Source: Anthoceros angustus
Taxonomy: Eukaryota; Plantae; Anthocerotophyta
Direction: 5' to 3'
Length of the DNA stretch: 64,000 bases
Assembly (NCBI GenBank): GCA_010909165.1
Contig: MU008195.1
Coordinates: forward strand, 496,001-560,000
Part shown: piece by piece, positions 47,501 to 62,337 of the stretch
Position numbering within the stretch: position 1 is the first letter of the stretch
Layout of the letters: every line of letters starts with the position of its first letter
The notes under the pieces: generated by a model
What the model was told of the DNA's origin: nothing
The model's database searches: none
The model's input: only the letters and a program-made list of their open reading frames with translations
Made by a program: the position numbers and the translations under genes

Positions 47501-50500
47501 ACATTAAACTTCCGGTCACGGGACTTGATGTACACTTTGAAATATCAATACCAAATTCTTTGCACTTTGAAATATCTATGTAAAGTCTCCAAATTCTCTA
47601 CACTTTGAAATATCTACATATAAAGTCTCCAAATTCTCTAACAAGATAAGCTTCGTATGATCTTCATACATGACATGTTTATCCATAAGGATGGAGCAAA
47701 AGGAAAAGCTTTTAGTAGATAACTTCACTTTCACCTTCCCATATGTACTACTCAGGTGCCATTCACAAATATGATACGAAGCAAGGCATTTTTGACCACG
47801 TCGCCCAGTCCGCCTCTTTTTGGGACAGACGGTCTCGTTAAGTGCCGATCTAAAATAGGACCCAAGGACCACCGGTCAATGAGCAGGACTATACTAGACT
47901 TATGCCCGATGAATAGATGTTGATGCATTAGACATAAATTTCTTGATTCTATATGTTTCATTGAATATTTTAATATTACTATGTCCTCTTCCAAGCTTTG
48001 TAGCGAAAGTGGTATCAAAAGCAAAGTAAAATGATTCTTATCTATTTACAAAAAGGAAAATGATATGAGAAGCAAAGACAAAAGATGGGAAGGTGAGAGA
48101 TGTCACTCCATGAAGTCCAATGATGCCACCAATGGGTAAATGAAATGTCGTTTCTCAAATTTTTGGGCGAGCCATGAAGTCACATAATACCACGAATGGG
48201 TAAATGAAGTAATACATTTTCTCAATCGCTTGGATAAGCTACGTAGGATTGTGTCTTAAGGGTTAAGTAAGTGTCTTTTCTTCTTCTTCGTTACGTATCA
48301 AAGGTTGAGGTATTGGTTTTAATATTTTCTTCCCAAGATTGAGCCACTACGTAGCATTGGGAGTCAAGTGGGAAGATCTTCCGTTAAAGTCTCACTATCT
48401 TGAGCCATCATTTAATGGTAACTATCTGCGGTTCCTTGAAATTCTTTGCTTAAAACATTTGATGGTGACTTCATCGTCCTCTTAGAAATATCTCGCTATC
48501 TTGAGCCAATCTTCGCCTATCTTAGACCATTTGATGGTAACTCTGTTTCGCCTTGAAATTCTTTGCTTAAACTATTGGATGGTGACTCCATTGCCCTCAC
48601 CTTGGAAATATTTTTATGGTCCCTTTACGATCTTGCTTATACGTGACTATAAAGCATTATTCTACAAGGATGCACATCGATTGCAATAATTATCTTATCG
48701 ATTTACAACATATCCTCTTTTGTTTTTAATAAATTTAAGGCTTTATAAAATAAAAGTTACAAACGTGCCCAACACGTCCTTACTCGGTCTCTCAAGAGAA
48801 TGTCCTTACAGATTACTTAGATCGAATGGCGGAAGAACCCAAGAGGCTCCAAGCTTTGATCGCATCTAGACATTACTTGACTAATTTGTCGTATCCATGG
48901 CCACGGTAGAGGCTCCAAGCTTTGATCGCATCTAGACATTACTTGACTAATTTATCGTATCCATGGCCATGGCATGCACTCTATCAAGAAGCGTCTTCTC
49001 CACATGACAACTAGAGTCGAAGTGTCTTCTCCACAATGACGAGTCGAAGTGTCTTCTCCACGGTGACTGGAATCGAGGATCTTCTCCACAGCAATTTGGA
49101 ATCGAAGTGTCTTCTCCACATAGAATCGGTGCACATATTGGAATCGAAGTGTCTTCTCCATAGCAAGTGGAATTAATATTGCTCTGAAATATATAGGACT
49201 TATTTGTTGTATCCATGGCCACGACACACGCTGCGCCAGACTCGGGACTCTAGAGCCGGCTAGAGAGGCAAGGAAGTATGTTTCATGGCATAGCTTGTGG
49301 AATGGTTTCATGGGGGCATTCGATTCAAGATTTCATTATTCCTAGTCCAAGAGTTATAATGGGCATATATCGTCCCTTTCCATGCATGCTTGCTTGTATG
49401 TGACCACGAAACATTATTCTACTGGATACACAAATTCTTCATATGTGACTTCCTTTTCAAAGGTGATAATGTCTTGAACTTTTGGGAGATTTGACCATAC
49501 ATAAAGCTCATTGAGACTTTCAACCATATCTTTGACTCTATCTTCGTCAACTAAAACTTTATTACTAATTAGCATCTCATCATGGTAGGGTCTAAAGTTG
49601 ACTTCATAGAGGCAATAGAGAACAATGGATGTCACAAGATGTGGAAGTGATAATAATATTTGATAAGCCATGATTTACGTATTTGGATCTCCATTCATAA
49701 ATCCCCATATGTTAATGTGCAAAGTGTGAGTTTTGGAACATACTTCCAATTTTGCCATGCTTGACATTACTCATATACTTCATAATAATTTGTTCTTGTA
49801 AGTCAAGTGGAAGATTACAAGCAGTTCAAAAGACCCATAACTTTGTCTTGGATTGGCTTTTGTCCTCGTAAGTCAAATGAAAGATAAAGAATAAGACTTT
49901 ATCTTGGATTATTATGATTACGATCAACCAAATAAGCTCTATGAAAGGTTGGAATTATAGCCTTGAAGAGTGCATAACATCTATAGGTAATCACACGATT
50001 ACTTTTGAATACGATAATTAGCGAACCCATATACCACATATATAGCCTCTCTTTTTCGATAAACTCTGCGCTTTGTAAAATAAATAGTTACAAATGTGCC
50101 GAGCAAGTCCTATCTCGGTGTCTCAAGTCAACGTCCACGAGGATTCCTCAAATCGAAGATGAGGAAGAACGAGATGTTCCAAGCTCCGATCGGATTTGGG
50201 CATTTACGATTTATAATGTCCACGCACGCATGCTGTCACTCCACAAAGATAGCCCGCATGGATCACCTCCAACTCCTGTTCTTGGCGAATGTCTCGGGTC
50301 CGCGGATAGGCCGGGCAGCCGCGATCGTGTCGCCGAATTCTCCTTCGTATGATGGAGTGTTGGCGGAGAAGGGCCTAGCCACTTGGGATGGTCAGGCCAT
50401 ACCGGATGCAGCAAGAAGGAGTTCTACATGCAGATTAGCAAGATCCGGAAGAATTTTGAACACTTCTCCGGTTTCCTCCGACTTATGAACACAACGGTGA

Positions 50501-53500
50501 AATTTGGGCGTGGAGATACTAGTAAGCAGCCCCAAATTATCAATTGCATCTAATTTGTGAAGAGGCAAAAGAAACATTGTTCCTTGGGTCTCCAACCTAT
50601 TTTCTCAAAATCTTAACTTGGGTGCGGTAGAAACTTGTTGGTTTTGTTGCGGCGATGGTTTGGATGACCTTGCCAATGGCTAGTAAGACCCTTGAAGCCC
50701 AATTTGAGCTTGTGTTGCAGCAAAGGTGACCTTGGATTTTTCTTTGCGCTGGTGACCTTGGATTTTGCTGCAGCCAAGGTGACCTTGGATTTTGCTGATG
50801 TTGCCACGCGGACACCTTCATAAATCCTCATGGCGAGTCGGTTCCACTACTCCGATGCCAATTTGAAACACCCATGTGTAGCCTGGTGGCCACTGTTACA
50901 CTGCGAACTAGGATACAAACGCAGTGAAGCCGCAATGTTGTGGGATGGGATTCCATTGCCCTAAGGCGTTCGCGGGCGCGCCAAATAGACAGATGTAGTT
51001 TAGCCCTTCCAACTCGCTAGTCGTTCGCCTTTGGGAATTTCTTAGAACGTACTAATAGGTTTGCGAGTCAAGGATCGGGAAGGCCTCCTCCATAAGCGAG
51101 GCTGAGGATGAACACTCATTGCGGGCTTGAGGCGGTCATAGTGGCATAGTTGTCATGTGTGCATGGACTCAAGAAGGGAGGAGTGCACTCCCGTCGAGAC
51201 ATGATCGGGGCAAGTTAAGCACGCAATAACTCAAGAATTCAACGAGGTCCTCAATAATCGAGTGAAAATATGTGTAGCTTAGTAGGGTAATTTTCAGATT
51301 TATTCGATTAAAAGATCCTAGAAAAAGCCCGTCAATTAGGGGTCAACGCTTTGACATGGGTGATATACTTCTTGTGGTCCTCCCTTCAAGGAGTGGCATG
51401 CACACTTCATGGGTGATATACTTCTTGTGGTCCTCCTTCAAGGAGTGGCATGCACTTGGTTCTGGAACTCCACAGTCTTGAAAGCGTCCTTGGGACGGAT
51501 CGATTACTCGGTGGGTGGCATCCATTCCTAGCTCCATGGCCCTTGGATTATAAATCATGCCCTTATGCGCGCTTGTTAGTGGTTCTGCCTACTCCATATC
51601 AAACATTAAACTTCCGGTGCGGGACTTGATGTACACTTTGAAATATCAATACCAAATTCTTTGCACTTTGAAATATCTATGTAAAGTCTCCAAATCTCTA
51701 CACTTTGAAATATCTACATATAAAGTCTCCAAATTCTAACAAGATAAGCTTCAGATGATCTTCATACATGACATGTTTATCCATAAGGATGGAGCAAAAG
51801 GAAAAGCTTTTAGTAGATAACTTCACTTTCACCTTCCCATATGTACTACTAATGCCATTCACAAATATGATACAAGGCATTTTTGACCACGTCAGCCCAG
51901 ATCCTGCCCTCTTTTTAGACGGGCGGTCTCGTTAAGTGCCGATCTAAAATAGGACCCAAGGACCTGGTCAATGAGCAGACTATACTAGACTTATGCCCGA
52001 TGAATAGATGTTGATGCATTAGACATAAATTTCTTGATTCTATATGTTTCATTGAATATTTTAATATTACTATGTCCTCTTCCAAGCTTTGTAGCGAAAG
52101 TGGTATCAAAAGCAAAGTAAAATGATTCTTATCTATTTACAAAAAGGAAAATGATATGAGAAGCAAAGACAAAAGATGGGAAGCAGTGAGGATGTCACTC
52201 CATGAAGTCCAATGATGCCACCAATGGGTAAATGAAGTAATACGTTTCTCAAATTTTTGGAGTGAGCCATGAAGTCACATAATACCACGAATGGGTAAAT
52301 GAAGTAATACATTTTCTCAATCGCTTGGAGACTGAAGCTACGTAGGATTGTGTCTTAAGGGTTAAGTAAGTGTCTTTTCTTCTTCTTCTACGTTACGTAT
52401 CAAAAGGTTGAGGTATTGGTTTTTATATTTTCTTCCCAGCATTGAGCCACTACGTAGCATTGGGAGACTGTCAAGTGGGAAGATCTTCGTTAAAGTCTCA
52501 CTATCTTGAGCCATCATTTAATGGTAACTATCTCTGAGTTCTGAAATTCTTTGCTTAAAACATTTGATGGTGACTTCATCGTCCTCGCCTTAGAAATATC
52601 TCGCTATCTTGAGCCAATCTTCGCCTATCTTAGACCATTTGATGGTAACTCTGGTCCTTGAAATTCTTTGCTTAAACTATTGGATGGTGACTCCATTGCC
52701 CTCACCTTGGAAATATTTTTATGGTCCCTTTACGATCTTGCTTATACGTGACTACAAAGCATTATTCTACAAGGATGCACATCGATTGCAATAATTATCT
52801 TATCGATTTACAACATATCCTCTTTTGTTTTTAATAAATTTAAGGCTTTATAAAATAAAAGTTACAAACGTGCCCAACACGTCCTTACTCGGTCTCTCAA
52901 GAGAATGTCCTTACAAGACTTAGATCGAATGGCCGGAAGAACCCAAGAGGCTCCAAGCTTTGATCGCATCTAGACATTACTTGACTAATTTGTCGTATCC
53001 ATGGCCACGGTAGAGGCTCCAAGCTTGATCGGATCTAGATGTTAATGGACTAATTTATCGTATCCATGGCCATGGCATGCACTCTATCAAGAAGCGTCTT
53101 CTCCACAATGACGACTAGAGTCGTGAACTAGAGTCGAAGTGTCTTCTCCATAGCAAATTGGAATCGAGAAGTGTCTTCTCCATGTCAGGAATCGAAGTGC
53201 CTTCTCCACAATAATGAATCGAAGTGTCTTCTCCACATACGATGGAGAATCGGAAGTGTCTTCTCCATAGCAAGCACCGAATTAATATTGCTACGAAATA
53301 TATAGGACTTATTTGTTGTATCCATGGCCACAACACGACACCGCTGGACTCGGGACTCTAGAGCCAGGCTAGAGAGAGGCAAGGAAGTATCTGAGTTTCA
53401 TGGCATAGCTTGTGGAATGGTTTCATGGGGGCATTCGATTCAAGATTTCATTATTCCTAGTCCAAGAGTTATAATGGGCATATATCGTCCCTTTCCATGC

Positions 53501-53533
53501 ATGCTTGCTTGTATGTGACCACGAAACATTATT

Positions 53534-53956
53534 CTACGGATACACAAATTCTTCATATGTGACTTCCTTTTCAAAGGTGATGATGTCTTGAACTTTTGGG
53601 AGATTTGACCATACATAAAGCTCATTGAGACTTTCAACCATATCTTTGACTCTATCTTCGTCAACTAAAACTTTATTACTAATTAGCATCTCATCATGGT
53701 AGGGTCTAAAGTTGACTTCATAGAGGCAATACATTACAATGGATGTCACAAGATGTGGAAGTGATAATAATATTTGATAAGCCATGATTTCTGTATTTGG
53801 ATCTCCATTCATAAATCCCCATATGTTAATGTGCAAAGTGTGAGTTTTTGGAACATACTTCCAATTTTGCCATGCTTCGACATTACTCATATACTTCATA
53901 ATAATTTGTTCTTGTAAGTCAAGTGGAAGATTACAAACAGATTCAAAAAGACCCAT
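53534..53956 (-). CDS. Unknown small ORF in the 4.1 kb unit with an F-box-like start (best-preserved copy)
   Basis: MGLFESVCNLPLDLQEQIIMKY...; the core MAYQILL...EEFVYP is near-identical in copies at 45227-45574 and 49414-49671 and partly at ~58600-58960. Confidence 0.4.
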   Translation of the reverse strand: MGLFESVCNLPLDLQEQIIMKYMSNVEAWQNWKYVPKTHTLHINIWGFMNGDPNTEIMAYQILLSLPHLVTSIVMYCLYEVNFRPYHDEMLISNKVLVDEDRVKDMVESLNELYVWSNLPKVQDIITFEKEVTYEEFVYP

Positions 53957-55450
53957 AACTTTGTCTTGGATTGGCTTTTGTCCTCGTAAGTCAAATGAAA
54001 GATAAAGAATAAGACTTTATCTTGGATTATTATGATTCGCCGATCAACCAAATAAGCTCTATGAAAGGTTGGAATTATAGCCTTGAAGAGTGCAGAACAT
54101 CTAGAGGTAATCACACGATTACTTTTCAATACGATAATTAGCGAACCCATATACCACATATATAGCCTCTCTTTTTCGATAAACTCTGCGCTTTGTAAAA
54201 TAAATAGTTACAAATGTGCCGAGCAAGTCCTATCTCGGTGTCTCAAGTCAACGCCCCACGAGATTCCTCAAATCGAAGATGAGGAAGAACCGAGAGATGT
54301 TCCAAGCTCCGATCGGATTTGGGCATTTTACGGACCGATTTGTAGTGTCCTCACACGCACATACTCCACAGCCTAGCCAGCAGTATGGATCACCTCCAAC
54401 TCCTGTTCTTGGCGAATGTCTCGGGTCCGCGGATAGGCCCGGTCAGGCGATCGTAGTCGCCGGAATTCTCCTTCAAGTATGATGGAGTGTTGGCGGAGAA
54501 GGGCCTAGCCACTTGGGATGGTCGGGGCCATACCGGATGCGAAGAAGGAGTTCTGGGTGCGGATTAGCAAGATCCGGAAGAATTTTGAACACTTCTCCGC
54601 CACTCCTTATGAACACAATGGGCGTGGAGATACTAGTAAGCTGCAGCCCCAAATTATCAATTGCATCTAATTTGTGAAGAGGCAAAAGAAACATTGTTCC
54701 TTGGGTCTCCAACCTATTTTCTGCTCAAAATCTTAACTTGGGTGCGGTAGAAACTTGTTGGTTTTGTTGCGGCGGTGGTTTGGATGACCTTGCCAATGGC
54801 TAGTAAGACCCTTGAAGCCCAATTTGAGCTTGTGTTGCAGCAAAGGTGACCTTGGATTTTGCTTTGCAGCCAAGGTGACCTTGGATTTTGTTGCTGCAGC
54901 CAAGGTGACCTTGGATTTTGCTGATGTTGCCATACGCGGATTTTCTTCATAAATCCTCATGACGTCCGGTTCCACTACTCCCGATGCCAATTTGAAACAC
55001 CCATGTGTAGCACTGGTGGCCACTGTTACACTGCGAACTAGGATACAAACGAGTGAAGCCGCAATGTTGTGGGATGGGATTCCATTGCCCTAAGGCGTTC
55101 GCGGACTGCTGGCCAAATAGACAGCATGTAGTTTAGCCCCTTCCAGCTCGGTAGTCGTTCAGGCCTTTGGGAATTTCTTAGAACGTACTAATAGGTTTGC
55201 AGGTCAAGGATCGGGAAGGCCTCCTCCATAAGCGAGGCAGCGAGGATGAACACTCATTGCGGGCTTGAGGGGCGGTCATAGTGGCATAGTTGTCATGTGT
55301 GCATGGACTCAAGAAGGAGGAGTGCACTCCCGTCTGAGACATGATCGGGCAAGTTAAGCGCAATAACTCAAGAATTCAACGAGGTCCTCAATAATCAGTG
55401 AAAATATGTGTAGCTTAGTAGGGTAATTTTCAGATTTATTCGATTAAAAG

Positions 55451-55917
55451 ATCCTAGAATTGCTATCTTTGCATGCATTCTTTTATGCTAACATTTCTCT
55501 TCTAACAATGCTTTTATGCACTAATTCTTTGTTCTTCCTCCATGGATTTGTGTTCCCTTAGAAGGAGAAGGCATAGAGTTAAGAAGAGAAGTAGTCCTGC
55601 AAGACAACAAGAACAAATTAGGAGCCCAACACATAGAAGCAATAGAAGACAAGCTATAGAGGGAGAGATAGTAGAAACCTCCTCTTGTATAGCAAACTTC
55701 ATTGCATCTATTTTAATTTCTAAACCGGATCAAGGGAAGTTTATCAAGCTAGCTAGGCGTGATTTGCTAGAAGTTTTAGTCCAATTCACGTCAAGGCATT
55801 AGAATTAGCTCCAACATATCCCAATTTGAATGGGGTATTAGTACTCCTTTATCTTCTAGTCGCAAGACAAAAATAGCATAGAAACTCTTAGATTTCAAGA
55901 AATTGATAGTCAATTAG
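55451..55917. repeat. ~460 bp non-unit segment inserted into the array, repeated at ~56938-57410
   Basis: ATCCTAGAATTGCTATC...GATAGTCAATTAG occurs twice; the second copy continues into the copia gag fragment. Confidence 0.8.
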
Positions 55918-57639
55918 GGGTCAACGCTGACATGGGTGATATACTTCTTGTGGTCCTCCCTTCAAGGAGTGGCATGCAGACTTCATGGGTGATATACTTC
56001 TTGTGGTCCTCCCTTCAAGGAGTGGCATGCACTTGGTTCACTGGAACTCCGTCTTGAAAGCGTCCTTGGGACGGATCGGTGCTCGGGTGGGTGGCATCCA
56101 TTCCTAGCTCCATGGCCCCTGTGGATTATAAATCATGCCCTTATGTCTGCCGCCATTGTTAGGTCACGGGCCTACTCCATATCAAACATTAAACTTCCAA
56201 AGCGGGACTTGATGTACACTTTGAAATATCAATACCAAATTCTTTGCACTTTGAAATATCTATGTAAAGTCTCCAAATTCTCTACACTTTGAAATATCTA
56301 CATATAAAGTCTCCAAATTCTCTAACAAGATAAGCTTCAGATGATCTTCATACATGACATGTTTATCCATAAGGATGGAGCAAAAGGAAAAGCTTTTAGT
56401 AGATAACTTCACTTTCACCTTCCCATATGTACTACTACCGTGCCATTCACAAATATGATACGAAGCAAGGCATTTTTGACCACGTCGAGCCCAGTCTGCC
56501 CTCTTTTCGGGGCAGACGGTCTCGTTAAGTGCCGATCTAAAATAGGACCCAAGGACCACCGGTCAATGAGCAGACTATACTAGACTTATGCCCGATGAAT
56601 AGATGTTGATGCATTAGACATAAATTTCTTGATTCTATATGTTTCATTGAATATTTTAATATTACTATGTCCTCTTCCAAGCTTTGTAGCGAAAGTGGTA
56701 TCAAAAGCAAAGTAAAATGATTCTTATCTATTTACAAAAAGGAAAATGATATGAGAAGCAAAGACAAAAGATGGGACGATGAGGGATGTCACTCCATGAA
56801 GTCCAATGATGCCACCAATGGGTAAATGAAGTCGTTTCTCAAATTTTTGGGCGGAGCCATGAAGTCACATAATACCACGAATGGGTAAATGAAGTAATAC
56901 ATTTTCTCAATCGCTTGGAGGAAACTCAGGATTGTGTTTATCCTAGAATTGCTATCTTTGCATGCATTCATTCTTTTATGCTAACATTTCTCTTCTAACA
57001 ATGCTTTTATGCACTAATTCTTTGTTCTTCCTCCATGGATTGTGTTCCCTTAGAAGGAGAAGGCATAGAGTTAAGAAGAGAAGTAGTCCTGCAAGACAAC
57101 AAGAACAAATTAGGAGCCCAACACATAGAAGCAATAGAAGACATCAAGCTATAGAGGAGAGATAGTAGAAACCTCCTCTTGTATAGCAAACTTCATTGCA
57201 TCTATTTTAATTTCTAAACCGGATCGAAGTTTATCAAGCTAGCTAGGCGTGATTTGCTAGAAGTTTTAGTCCAATTCACGTCAAGGCATTAGAATTAGCT
57301 CTCCAACATATCCCAAATTTGAATCGGTATTAGTACTCCTTTATCTTCTAGTCGCAAGACAAAATAGCATAGAAACTCTTAGATTTCAAGAAATTGATAG
57401 TCAATTAGCAACTCTTAGAATCCAATCCTTTGATCTTAAGGAGAATTATCTGAATTAAGGACAAAATTGTCTATTCTCTAAGGTTGATAATGCGAGATTT
57501 GAGAGCATGCTATCATCATCCGGATTATGATGCAAGAGAAGAGTTTCGTGCATGCAATAGAAGATGAGATGTCTGCGAGGCCTAGTCCTCTAAATCACCT
57601 ACAATGGCTGGAGATCAATAATGAAGAACAAAGCTCCTA

Positions 57640-57935
57640 ATTCCATTGGGTAATGATAATGCTAACACTTCATTGCATTATCATTATGGTGAGATTTCAA
57701 AGATAGATTCAATGGAAGGGATTATGACATCGGTCATTGAGAATGCGAGGAGCTTTGCGGCAAAGGGGGCATCGTCGATGGATCAATTCCAAGGCCACAC
57801 GCCCGATTTGAACGTGAACTTCAACCTTCCGGGACGCGGGGCGAGAAGGCACAAGATTTATTGGTCGGTGGACTTTCTCAACATATGGTGAGACATGTCG
57901 CTGCAAAGACCTCCAAGGATATGTGGACTCACCTT
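57640..57935 (+). mobile_element. Ty1/copia gag N-terminal fragment (degenerate)
   Basis: Frameshifted FNGRDYDI.SLRMRGAL...VDGSIPRP...EKAQDLL...QHMVRHVAAKTSKDMWTHL. Confidence 0.65.
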
Positions 57936-59377
57936 GGAAATATTTTTTATGGTCCCTTTACGATCTTGCTTATACGTGACTACAAAGCATTATTCTACAA
58001 GGATGCACATCGATTGCAATAATTATCTTATCGATTTACAACATATCCTCTTTGTTTTTAATAAATTTAAGGCTTTATAAAATAAAAGTTACAAAGCGTG
58101 CCCAACACGTCCTTACTCGGTCTCTCAAGAGAATGTCCTTACTTAGATCGAATGGCGGAAGAACCCAAGAGGCTCCAAGCTTTGATCGCATCTAGACATT
58201 ACTTGACTAATTTGTCGTATCCATGGCCACGGTAGAGGGCTCCAAGCTCGATCGGATCTAGATGTTAATGGACTAATTTATCGTATCCATGGCCATGGCA
58301 TGCACTCTATCAAGAAGCGTCTTCTCCACTGACAACTAGAGTCGAAGTGTCTTCTCCACAGCACTAGAGTCGAAGTGTCTTCTCCACATGACAGTGGAAT
58401 CGAAGTGTCTTCTCCACAAAATTTGGAATCAGCTGCCTTCTCCACAGTGACTAGAGTCGAAGTGTCTTCTCCACATACTGGAATAATTCTTATTGCTAAA
58501 ATATAGGACTTATTTGTTGTATCCATGGCCACAACACCTGCCGGGACTCGGGACTCTAGAGCCAGACTAGAGAGGCAAGGAAGTATCAGGTTTCATGGCT
58601 TGTGGAATGGTTTCATGGGGGCATTGATTCAAGATTTCATTATTCCTAGTCCAAGAGTTATAATGGGCATATATCGTCCCTTTCCATGCATGCTTGCTTG
58701 TATGTGACCACGAAACATTATCTACGTGGATACACAAATTCTTCATATGTGACTTCCTTTCAAAGGTGATAATGTCTTGAACTTTTGGGAGATTTGACCA
58801 TACATAAAGCTCATTGAGACTTTCAACCATATCTTTGACTCTATCTTCGTCAACTAAAACTTTTATTACTAATTAGCATCTCATCATGGTAGGGTCTAAA
58901 GTTGACTTCATAGAGGCAATAGAGAACAATGGATGTCACAAGATGTGGAAGTGATAATAATATTTGATAAGCCATGATTTACGTATTTGGATCTCCATTC
59001 ATAAATCCCCATATGTTAATGTGCAAAGTGTGAGTTTTTGGAACATACTTCCAATTTTGCCATGCTTGACATTACTCATATACTTCATAATAATTTGTTC
59101 TTGTAAGTCAAGTGGAAGATTACAAGCAGTTCAAAAGACCCATAACTTTGTCTTGGATTGGCTTTTGTCCTAAGTCAAATGAAAGATAAAGAATAAGACT
59201 TTATCTTGGATTATTATGATTACGATCAACCAAATAAGCTCTATGAAAGGTTGGAATTATAGCCTTGAAGAGTGCACATCTATAGGTAATCACGATTACT
59301 TTTGAATACGATAATTAGCGAACCCATATACCACATATATAGCCTCTTTTTTCGATAAACTCGCTTTGTAAAATAAA

Positions 59378-60474
59378 TCTCCACAAAGGGCCAAGTCACC
59401 TTTAGAGATAGTGCACATTGTGGACCCTTGTCTACACCCTCCTTTAGTGGTAGTAGATATTTTTGACCTTCACAGATGATTTCTCTCGTTTTGTCTTTTC
59501 CTACATCGAAAAACAAGAGTGATGCCTTTCACTTCTTCAAGGACTACATGAAATGGGGTGAGACTTCTGGATCACAAACTCAAGACCTTACGTTCGACAA
59601 TGGTGGAGAGTTTACATCTCAATTTGAGGATTTTGTCGATGAAGGTATAGCTCAACAACTTCTGATTGTCTACACTCCTCAACAAAATGGCGTGGAGAAC
59701 AAGAATCTACGCCTCCAAGAGATCACAGTTGCTTATTGGTACAAGCTAAGTTATCTAAGGCTTATTGGTGAGGCCCTCCTAGAACCTATCTCATGAATCG
59801 ATTGCCTACATCAGCAGTTCAAGGTATGACTCCATATGAAGCATTCATTGGCAAGAAGCCTTCTATTGACCACCTTGAATTTTTGGATCCCCATATGTTT
59901 TTATTCCCAAAGCATTGCGTAAGAAGTTGGATCCCAAAGCAAAGTACACTTTCATTGGCTACACGAAGGTATCAAAGGGTACAAATTGTTCAACCCTTCT
60001 ACAAGGCAACTTTTATACGCCGAGTGTTACTTTTCATGAGTCTTACCTCTTTTCCCCAGTGGGAGCTGATAGGCTTGGTCCTCCTCTTGATGAGACCATT
60101 GACCCTTCTTATTTTTGATGATATCGATTATTTCACTCCATTTCCCATTCGCTTCTCGTTTCCTTTAGTTGAACCTATTATGCGGGAGGAGGAGTTAGCA
60201 TCTATTCCACAACGGGCCTTTGATATGACGGCAGAGCGCCATTGACACTCATGATGATGAGTTTGATGACCCTCGGAGGATGACATTGTGGAGCAGATCA
60301 CTGCGTTGATCCGCTCCTGGATGCACTGCACAAAGGTACAACCTTAGATCCCGACCTACTATCTCGAGTCCTGCAGTTGGAAGGAACCTCCTTTAGGATA
60401 CCTAGCTGTTTTGATGATCCTATACCCCTATATCACTTTATTCTCAAGCTGTCTACAAGGCAACTATAGACCCG
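59378..60474 (+). mobile_element. Ty1/copia integrase fragment (degenerate)
   Basis: PLEIVH..CGP; KSDAFHFFK; DNGGEFTS; YTPQQNGV.E; NRLPTSAVQGMTPYEAFIGKKPSIDHL; RKKLDPKA. Confidence 0.9.
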
Positions 60475-61587
60475 GAAGAACCCAAGAGGCTCCAAGCTCG
60501 ATCGGATTTGGCATTTGGACCGATTTATGTTCCACAGCCACGGCATACCGTCACTCCACAGATAGCCCGCATGGATCACCTCCAACTCCTGTTCTTGGCG
60601 AATGTCTCGGGTCATGGATAGCATCGCGATCGTGTCGGAATTCTCCCTATGATGGAGTGTTGGCGGAGAAGGGGCCTAGCCACTTGGGATGGTCGGGGCC
60701 ATACCGGATGCAGCAAGAAGGAGTTCTGATTGCAGTTAGCAAGATCCGGAAGAATTTTGAACACTTCTCCGTTTTCCTCCGACATGAACACAGTGAAATG
60801 GCGTGGAGATACTAGTAAGCTGCAGCCCCAAATTATCAATTGCATCTAATTTGTGAAGAGGCAAAAGAAACATTGTTCCTTGGGTCTCCAACCTATTTTC
60901 TACTCAAAATCTTAACTTGGTGCGGTAGAAACTTGTTGGTTTTGTTGCAGTGGTTTGGATGACCTTGCCAATGGCTAGTAAGACCCTTGAAGCCCAATTT
61001 GAGCTTGTGTTGCAGCAAAGGTGACCTTGGATTTTGCTGCTGCAAGGTGACCTTGGATTTTTCTTTGCTGCGACGAGGTGACCTTGGATTTTTCTTGATG
61101 TTGCCATACGCGGACACCTTCATAAATCCTCATGACGGTCGGTTCCACTACTCCCGATGCCAATTTGAAACACCCATGTGTAGCACTGGTGGCCACTGTT
61201 ACTGAACTAGGATACAAGCAGTGAAGCCGCAATGTTGTGGGATGGGATTCCGTTGCCCTAAGGTTCGGGCGCGCCAAATACATGTAGTTTAGCCCCTTCC
61301 AACTCGCTAGTCGTTCGTGCCTATGGGAATTTCTTAGAACGTACTAATAGGTTTGCGGTCAAGGATCGGGAAGGCCTCCTCCATAAGCGCAGCGAGGATG
61401 AACACTCATTGCGGGCTTGAGGATCATAGTGGCATAGTTGTCATGTGTGCATGGACTCAAGAAGGGAGGAGTGCACTCCCGTCGAGACATGATCGGGCAA
61501 GTTAAGCCGCACTCAAGAATTCAACGAGGTCCTCAATAATCAGTGAAAATATGTGTAGCTTAGTAGGGTAATTTTCAGATTTATTCG

Positions 61588-62122
61588 ATTAAAAGAAAAG
61601 GAGATGGTTCTATAGAAAGGTATAAGGCACGCCTAGTAGCCGAGGCTTTACACAAATTCTGGTCTAGATTACATACCTTGGGCCACTTATGAGCCAAATT
61701 TGCCACACTTGAATGATATTTGCCTTATGTGCCCAACATGATCTTGAACTCCACATGATGGATGTTAAGACAAGATATTTGTATGGGCGCTGCAAGAGGA
61801 AATATACATGAGACAACCCGAGGTTACTGAAGTCAAAGGCAAAGAAGATTGGGTATGCCGACTCATCAAAGGTTTGTATGGCCTTAAGCGATCAGCAATT
61901 GGAACTTAACCATACATGTACAACTTATTGGGAGAGGATTTAAGCAAAGCCGGTGATGCTTGTATGTACATCCTAATATCCGCAATGATATATTTTATCT
62001 TCTACTTTATGTTGATGATGTTTTTATGGCAACAAACTCCCTTACTCTCCTAGCGAAACTAAAGCATGGCTTAGGACTCTATTTGAGATGTCCGATCTAG
62101 GAGAAATGACATATGCACTTGG
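61588..62122 (+). mobile_element. Ty1/copia reverse transcriptase fragment (degenerate)
   Basis: IKRKGDGSIERYKARLVA; ELHMMDVKT; EEIYMRQPE; CRLIKGLYGLK; LLYVDDVF; FEMSDLGEMTYALG. Confidence 0.92.
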
Positions 62123-62337
62123 TTCACTGGAACTCCACAGTCTTGAAAGCGTCCTTGGGACGGATCTGCTCGGGTGGGTGGCATCCATTCCTAGCTCCAT
62201 GGCCTGGATTATAAATCATGCCCTTGTCGCCGTTGTTAGTGCCCTACGCCTACTCCATATCAAACATTAAACTTCCGGTCAGGGACTTGATGTACACTTT
62301 GAAATATCAATACCAAATTCTTTGCACTTTGAAATAT

